Positions 25,627 through 32,000 of a stretch of DNA of 32,000 bases are shown one piece after another. Source of the stretch: Coprobacillaceae bacterium (GTDB lineage: Bacteria; Bacillota_I; Bacilli_A; Erysipelotrichales; Coprobacillaceae). The position numbers and the translations under genes are program-made. The stretch is from NCBI GenBank assembly GCA_963675915.1, contig OY780959.1, positions 1,380,001 through 1,412,000 on the forward strand. Direction: 5' to 3'. Positions within the stretch are counted from its first letter, which is position 1; each line of letters starts with the position of its first letter. The notes under the pieces are model-generated. The model was given only the letters and a program-made list of their open reading frames with translations, did no database searches and was not told the DNA's origin.

Positions 25627-25645
25627 TGGTAATACCATATTACCA
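25627..25645. promoter_or_regulatory. Candidate HutC/GntR operator TGGTAATA-CCA-TATTACCA
   Basis: Perfect 8-bp inverted arms. It overlaps the -10 of the promoter at 25637-25665 and lies just upstream of the SD of the regulator gene. Confidence 0.5.
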
Positions 25646-25665
25646 TCTTACTTATTTTCGGTCAA
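25637..25665 (-). promoter_or_regulatory. Promoter TTGACC-17-TAATAT of the GntR-permease-deaminase operon
   Basis: On the minus strand, TTGACC is at 25665-25660 and TAATAT at 25642-25637, with a 17-nt spacer. Confidence 0.5.
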
Positions 25666-25932
25666 TATATATATGTAATAATTTTATCATTTTAAAAAAA
25701 ATGTCTCAATATCATTTTGCTTTCTCTCTTATGTTCTATTGCATCAGGCCTAAAAGAGATTCCTTCTTTCCTAACTTACAGGCAATTCCTATGTTGTTCC
25801 CGTCAGGACTGCTATTATTAAGGGCCTATACCAAATTGCCCCGTGGGATGGTTTTTTCATCTTACATAGAGCTCCTTTCTTTTAAAATTATGATAATTGG
25901 CAAAGAATTTATCACTTCATTTCTCAAACAAC

Positions 25933-25959
25933 AAAAAAGTCCCTCTATAAGGACCTTTT
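25933..25959 (-). terminator. Possible terminator after rsgA
   Basis: On the minus strand, AAAAGGTCC-loop-GGACTTTT (one G-U pair) is followed by TTGTTG. The stem is weak. Confidence 0.35.
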
Positions 25960-26040
25960 GATTCAACTGTTCTTCCCCGCGCTTGGAACAAGTCTGAAAA
26001 ATCCAATCTTGAGAAAATCACATGCTGGATCGCTAATCAC

Positions 26041-27111
26041 TTAACGCTTCTTTCTTTTCTCCTTGACAAATTTTCGAACATTCTTCATTCCGCCAACTTC
26101 CTTGAACATCCGCTCGGCTTTCTGGTGTTCGATTTCCCGGGAACTTAGACCTTCATATCCGGCCTCATTCTTTAGTTTCAGATAACTGTCCACCCGCCGC
26201 TGATCGACTTTGCCCTCAGCCAAAGCCTTTAGGATGGCACAGCCTGGTTCATTGGTATGGGTACAATCACCAAATTTGCACTGTTTGGCCAAGTGTTGCA
26301 AATCATCAAAAGTCAACTCCAGATTGGCACTTTCAATTCCCAATTCACGCATTCCCGGAGTATCGATCAATACCCCACCATCAGGTGCCAGGAACATTTC
26401 TCGTCCGGTCGTAGTATGTCGACCTTTGTCTTCACGACCGATTTCCTTGGTCGCTTGGACTGGGTTGTCAAGCAAGCGGTTGATCAAAGTTGATTTGCCC
26501 ACTCCGGAAGATCCAATAAAAGCCACAGTGGTTCCTGTTTTAATATATTTGGCGAATTTAACCTTGATATCACTATCTTCCATGGAAACCGGAATCACAT
26601 CACAATAAAAAGACACCTCCTCGACTTCACTGACGGCTTGCTTGAGATTAGGGCACAAGTCCGCCTTGGTCAAGACTATAACCGGTTTGGCCCCGCTATC
26701 CCAGGCCACCGCCAGATAGCGCTCCAGGCAGTTGAGATTATAGTTATAATTCAGCGACATACAGATAAAGACGGTATCGATGTTCGATGCCACCGGTTGA
26801 ACCTGTCCTGAAGTGCCGCTCGCTGTGCGAAGAAAAAGGCTTTTTCGCATCAAGACCCGATTGATGATGGCGAGTCCATCACTATTATCCCATGACACCA
26901 TCACGAAATCACCAACGGTCGGGAATTGCGAAACCTCAAAGGCAGCATGACGCATTTTACCGGAAATCTCCGCAGTCATCATCCCATGTTCGGTGACTAT
27001 TTTGTATTGACCCCGGTACTGGGCAATTACCCGGGCCAGGTGGAGGTCGGGATACATAGTTGCTTCGCTATTGAATCGGTCGCTAAGTCCGTATTGTTCC
27101 AAATAGTTCAT
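26041..27111 (-). CDS. rsgA: Ribosome small-subunit-dependent GTPase A
   Basis: Circularly permuted GTPase motifs (LTKADL ... GSSGVGKSTLIN ... DTPG) and a C-terminal zinc knuckle CKFGDCTHTNEPGC. Confidence 0.9.
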   Translation of the reverse strand: MNYLEQYGLSDRFNSEATMYPDLHLARVIAQYRGQYKIVTEHGMMTAEISGKMRHAAFEVSQFPTVGDFVMVSWDNSDGLAIINRVLMRKSLFLRTASGTSGQVQPVASNIDTVFICMSLNYNYNLNCLERYLAVAWDSGAKPVIVLTKADLCPNLKQAVSEVEEVSFYCDVIPVSMEDSDIKVKFAKYIKTGTTVAFIGSSGVGKSTLINRLLDNPVQATKEIGREDKGRHTTTGREMFLAPDGGVLIDTPGMRELGIESANLELTFDDLQHLAKQCKFGDCTHTNEPGCAILKALAEGKVDQRRVDSYLKLKNEAGYEGLSSREIEHQKAERMFKEVGGMKNVRKFVKEKRKKR

Positions 27112-27228
27112 CTCATTCTCCTTAAATTTAAAAAGTACTGCGATTTCGACATTTTAGAATATTCCAAGACAATTATAACACGCCTATCTGCAGAAATTAT
27201 ATCTTTTAATCAAATGTCTACTTTAATA

Positions 27229-27265
27229 AGAAAAAAGCCGAAATACCTAGTCAGGTTTTCGGCTT
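27229..27265 (-). terminator. Intrinsic terminator after guaA
   Basis: Stem AAGCCGAAA/TTTCGGCTT. On the minus strand it is followed by TTTTTTCTT. Confidence 0.7.
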
Positions 27266-27273
27266 AATTGTGA

Positions 27274-28818
27274 TTATTCCCACTCGATAGTTGCAGGTGG
27301 TTTAGAAGTAATATCATAGACTACGCGGTTTACATGAGCCACTTCGTTTACGATTCTTACTGAAATTTTATTCAAGACATCATATGGAATCTTAGCCCAG
27401 TCGCTGGTCATTCCATCGATTGATGTTACAGCACGGATTGCTACTGTGTAATCATAAGTTCTTTGATCACCCATTACCCCAACTGATCTGATTGGTGGCA
27501 AGCAAGTGAAGTATTGCCAGATATCTCTTTCAAGACCGGCATTGGCGATTTCTTCTCTTAAGATAAGATCAGAATCACGCACGATTTGAAGTTTGTCTTC
27601 AGTGATTTCACCAAGTACCCGGATACCAAGTCCTGGTCCTGGGAATGGTTGACGCCATACCATTGATTCAGGCAATCCCAGTTCGATTCCCAAAGCACGT
27701 ACTTCGTCTTTGAACAAAGTGTTCAATGGTTCAATCAATTCGAATTGCATATCTTCTGGCAATCCCCCAACGTTGTGGTGAGATTTGATTGTTTGAGCTG
27801 TTTTGGTACCTGATTCGATTACGTCAGTATATAAAGTCCCTTGGGCCAGCCATTTGATGTTTTTACCAGCTGTAAGTTTCTTAACTTCTTCATCGAATGT
27901 ATAAACAAATTCATTACCGATGATTTTACGTTTTTTCTCAGGATCAGAAACACCTTGAAGTTTCGCCATGAATCTTTCTTTGGCATCGATTTTAGTTACG
28001 TTGATGCTCATGTTTTCCGAGAACATTTCCATAACTGATTCCGCTTCACCTTTACGAAGCAGACCATGGTCGATAAACATACAGTACAATTGATCACCGA
28101 TAGCTTCATGCAATAAAGCAGCAACTACTGATGAGTCAACCCCACCAGATAAGGCCAATAAGACATTGTCAGAACCGACTTTAGCTTTGATTTCAGCGAT
28201 TTTTTGTTCAATGAAGTTGTGCATTGACCAGTTTCCGGTGCATCCGCAGATTTCGAAAACGAAATTTTTCAGGATGTCGTTTCCGTATACTGAGTGACGA
28301 ACTTCCGGATGGAATTGAACAGTAAAGATGTTTTTTTCGAGATTTTGAGCAGCTGCAAATTCACAAGTTTTTGAAGAAGCAACTTTTTCAAATCCAGGAG
28401 CAAGTTTGCTTACTTGATCTCCATGAGACATCCAGACAGTTTGAGTTGTCGGAAGTCCTTTGAATAATGGGCTGTCTACCAATACATCGATATCGGCTGC
28501 ACCATATTCTTTATGTTCACAGGCCATTACATCCCCACCTAAATTGTAGTGAGTGTATTGCATCCCATAACAGATACCGAATACCGGTACCCCTAAGTTG
28601 AAGATTTCTTTATCGCAATGTAAAGCATCTTCGTCATAAACACTGTTAGGTCCCCCTGAAAGAACGATTCCTTTCAAGTTTCCCAATGCTTTTAATTCTT
28701 CGATTGAAATATCGTGATGATGCAATTCTGAATAAACACCAAATTCACGAATACGTCGAGCGATCAATTGGTTGTATTGGCTACCAAAGTCCAATACTAC
28801 AATAATTTCGTTGTTCAT
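27274..28818 (-). CDS. guaA: GMP synthase (glutamine-hydrolysing)
   Basis: GATase domain (GICYGMQ), ATP-PPase SGGVDSS motif and the conserved C-terminus PPATIEWE. Confidence 0.95.
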   Translation of the reverse strand: MNNEIIVVLDFGSQYNQLIARRIREFGVYSELHHHDISIEELKALGNLKGIVLSGGPNSVYDEDALHCDKEIFNLGVPVFGICYGMQYTHYNLGGDVMACEHKEYGAADIDVLVDSPLFKGLPTTQTVWMSHGDQVSKLAPGFEKVASSKTCEFAAAQNLEKNIFTVQFHPEVRHSVYGNDILKNFVFEICGCTGNWSMHNFIEQKIAEIKAKVGSDNVLLALSGGVDSSVVAALLHEAIGDQLYCMFIDHGLLRKGEAESVMEMFSENMSINVTKIDAKERFMAKLQGVSDPEKKRKIIGNEFVYTFDEEVKKLTAGKNIKWLAQGTLYTDVIESGTKTAQTIKSHHNVGGLPEDMQFELIEPLNTLFKDEVRALGIELGLPESMVWRQPFPGPGLGIRVLGEITEDKLQIVRDSDLILREEIANAGLERDIWQYFTCLPPIRSVGVMGDQRTYDYTVAIRAVTSIDGMTSDWAKIPYDVLNKISVRIVNEVAHVNRVVYDITSKPPATIEWE

Positions 28819-28827
28819 ATTATCTCC

Positions 28828-30123
<1,296 letters not shown>

Positions 30124-30215
30124 TTACTGCAATTGACATGATTACTTTTATATTATATAGTACAATTAAATATAAGTAAAATTAATATTTCAAGATTATG
30201 ATATAAGGAGCGCTT

Positions 30216-31082
30216 ATGAGTATCAAACTCGAACAATATAAGATTTTCAACGAATGCTGTGCCACCCTTTCCTTCTCGGTGGCGGCCCGCAATCTCTACA
30301 TTTCCCAATCAGCCGTATCCCAGACCATCAACACGCTGGAAAAGGAACTCGACACCCAACTTTTCATCCGGCAACCCCGGGGCGTGACTCTTACCAATGA
30401 AGGAAGAATCCTCTACGAGGAGATTTCCAATGCCCTTTCAATCATCACCAATGTTGAAAACCAGTTGACCAAATACCAGGAGTTGAAAGATGGAATCCTG
30501 ACTATCGGAGCCGGGGACACCGTCTGCATCCATTTCGTCAAAGATATCCTGGTCAAATACAAACAGCTCTACCCCAATGTCAAAGTAAACGTAGTCAACC
30601 GGACTTCAATCGAATTGATCGACTTGCTCAAATCCGGCCAGGTCGATATCGGTTTTTTGAATCTCCCGATTGAGGAAGAATCCCTGACCGTAGTTGACTG
30701 TCTGACCATCCATGACATCTTTGTCACCACCAGAAAACTGGAAAAACCGGTTGACTACGACTATATCGAAAAGCATCCCTTGTTGATGCTTGAGGAAATA
30801 TCCAACTCAAGACGCTATGTCGACAACTTCTTCGCCAAAAAATCGATCCTCCTCAAGCCAACCATGGAACTGGGAGCCCATGAGATTCTCCTGGAATTCG
30901 CCAGCTCGAATCTGGGGATATCCTGTGTCATCAAGGAATTCTCGAAGAACTATCTCAATGACCGACTCTATGAGGTCCCTTTGAAAGAACCGATTCCTTC
31001 AAGGACCATCGGCTATTCCTATTTGAAAAGGCGAACCCTCTCAATGGCAGCTTTGAAGTTCATCGAATTGATTAATGAATAA
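30216..31082 (+). CDS. LysR-family transcriptional regulator, divergent from purA-guaA
   Basis: wHTH FSVAARNLYISQSAVSQTINTLE, 288 aa. AAGGAG SD. Confidence 0.85.
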   Translation: MSIKLEQYKIFNECCATLSFSVAARNLYISQSAVSQTINTLEKELDTQLFIRQPRGVTLTNEGRILYEEISNALSIITNVENQLTKYQELKDGILTIGAGDTVCIHFVKDILVKYKQLYPNVKVNVVNRTSIELIDLLKSGQVDIGFLNLPIEEESLTVVDCLTIHDIFVTTRKLEKPVDYDYIEKHPLLMLEEISNSRRYVDNFFAKKSILLKPTMELGAHEILLEFASSNLGISCVIKEFSKNYLNDRLYEVPLKEPIPSRTIGYSYLKRRTLSMAALKFIELINE

Positions 31083-31086
31083 AATT

Positions 31087-31118
31087 AAGGTATCCATGTG
31101 ATTTTGGATACCTTTTAT
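31087..31118 (+). terminator. Intrinsic terminator after the second LysR gene
   Basis: Stem AAGGTATCCA/TGGATACCTT with an 8-nt loop, then TT. Confidence 0.65.
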
Positions 31119-31654
31119 AGTCATTCAAAATATTTTCAATATCGCAAAAAAGATCCATGAATCATTAATTACTCTTCCTAGATTTCAGTAATCCATTAAC
31201 CTTCAGTTTTAACAAAACCCTAGCCGCAAAACTGGCAAGGGGCATATTGCAGCGGGCGGTCAGCCTCTTCTTATCTTCGGTTTTGTTCTGCCTATCAGTA
31301 ATTATCGATAATATCCTAACCAAGCATTGACACCCACCCAATCCTTATATGTGTTTGGATCATATTTTGCAATAATTTAGAATTCATGAAGGTGCGCTAC
31401 TCACATTGTCCAAGTATCGCCCAGGAATCAATGATGAAATAACCGCTTCCTTCCTTCGGCCAATCTCCAATCCTGAGGATTATCCTGGATAATCGGCAAA
31501 TAATATTGGTAAGTGTTACGTATTTGCGCTAAAATTAGATAAAGTCATGTTCCCGTTGATTGGAAACTTTTATCATATCGAAGTTTGATAAATCGAAATC
31601 CGAATCATAAGCACCCCTGAACATGAACCCCAAAAAGGTAACGGAGGTATGCAC

Positions 31655-32000
31655 ATGCTTATAAGAGATCAAATGAAAAGCAGATCCGATTTCACCCAAT
31701 CGGAAACTCTAATCGCTGAATTTTTTTTGAATAATCAGACTATCATTGACAAGAGTACCGTCAGAGAAATTGCCGACACCATTTATGTGGCACCATCATC
31801 GATAATCCGCTTTGCCAAAAAACTCGGTTTTTCCGGTTATAATGACCTGAAGGAAAAGTATCTCGAAGAATGGGACTATCTGACTTCAAATTTCACTGAC
31901 GTTGATGCCAACAAGCCCTTCAATCCCAATGATAAAGATGTTGTTCTAGCCCACAAAATCGGAATCCTCTACAAGGAAACTGTCGATGACTGCCTGTCCC
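31655..32000 (+). CDS. RpiR/MurR-family regulator, 5' partial (runs off the window)
   Basis: This ORF is not in the supplied track because it is open-ended. My translation is MLIRDQMKSRSDFTQSETLIAEFFLNN...IYVAPSSIIRFAKKLGFSGYNDLK, the HTH_6 pattern. GGAGG lies 7 nt before the ATG. Confidence 0.7.
   Translation, partial: MLIRDQMKSRSDFTQSETLIAEFFLNNQTIIDKSTVREIADTIYVAPSSIIRFAKKLGFSGYNDLKEKYLEEWDYLTSNFTDVDANKPFNPNDKDVVLAHKIGILYKETVDDCLS

Noticed and set aside
25789-25860. 23-aa minus-strand sORF MKKPSHGAIWYRPLIIAVLTGTT with AAAGGAG 11 nt upstream
   Set aside because: The SD spacing is long and an ATG-TAA mini-frame intervenes. There is no supporting signal, and it cannot be separated from chance without conservation or ribosome profiling data.
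25626-25961. 111-aa plus-strand ORF in the GntR-rsgA spacer
   Set aside because: It starts inside the operator and promoter of the GntR operon, has no SD, and has a Phe/Ile/Leu-rich translation typical of AT-rich non-coding DNA.

Overview
The window looks like a chromosomal segment from a low-GC Gram-positive-type (Bacillota/Mollicutes-like) organism. Support for this: GGAGG Shine-Dalgarno sites 6-9 nt before most starts, lipobox lipoproteins and sigma-A-like promoters. Most genes are on the minus strand. No rRNA, tRNA or CRISPR array was seen.

Gene content, left to right:
- CDGSH Fe-S protein.
- Minus-strand operon under a divergent LysR regulator: PotABCD-like ABC importer, adenine deaminase and an MtaD/SsnA-like amidohydrolase.
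- Self-contained two-gene unit of small Gly/Pro/Cys-rich DUF5320-like proteins, followed by a DUF362 + 2x[4Fe-4S] protein.
- His-rich CPH-type (CopB-like) P-type ATPase.
- Histidine phosphatase.
- OmpR/HK two-component system embedded among uncharacterised membrane proteins.
- Lipoprotein gene cut off from its promoter by a complete IS6-family element with 8-bp target duplications.
- Visibly AT-richer second purine module: HutC/GntR regulator, NCS2 purine permease and a second adenine deaminase.
- rsgA, guaA, purA, a second LysR regulator and a partial RpiR regulator.

The best candidates for undescribed biology are two loci. One is the DUF5320-pair/DUF362 locus. The other is the intramembrane-sensing two-component locus, with its paralogous GxGM hairpin membrane proteins and a shared direct-repeat promoter architecture. 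All functional calls rest on motifs read by eye. No database search was run.
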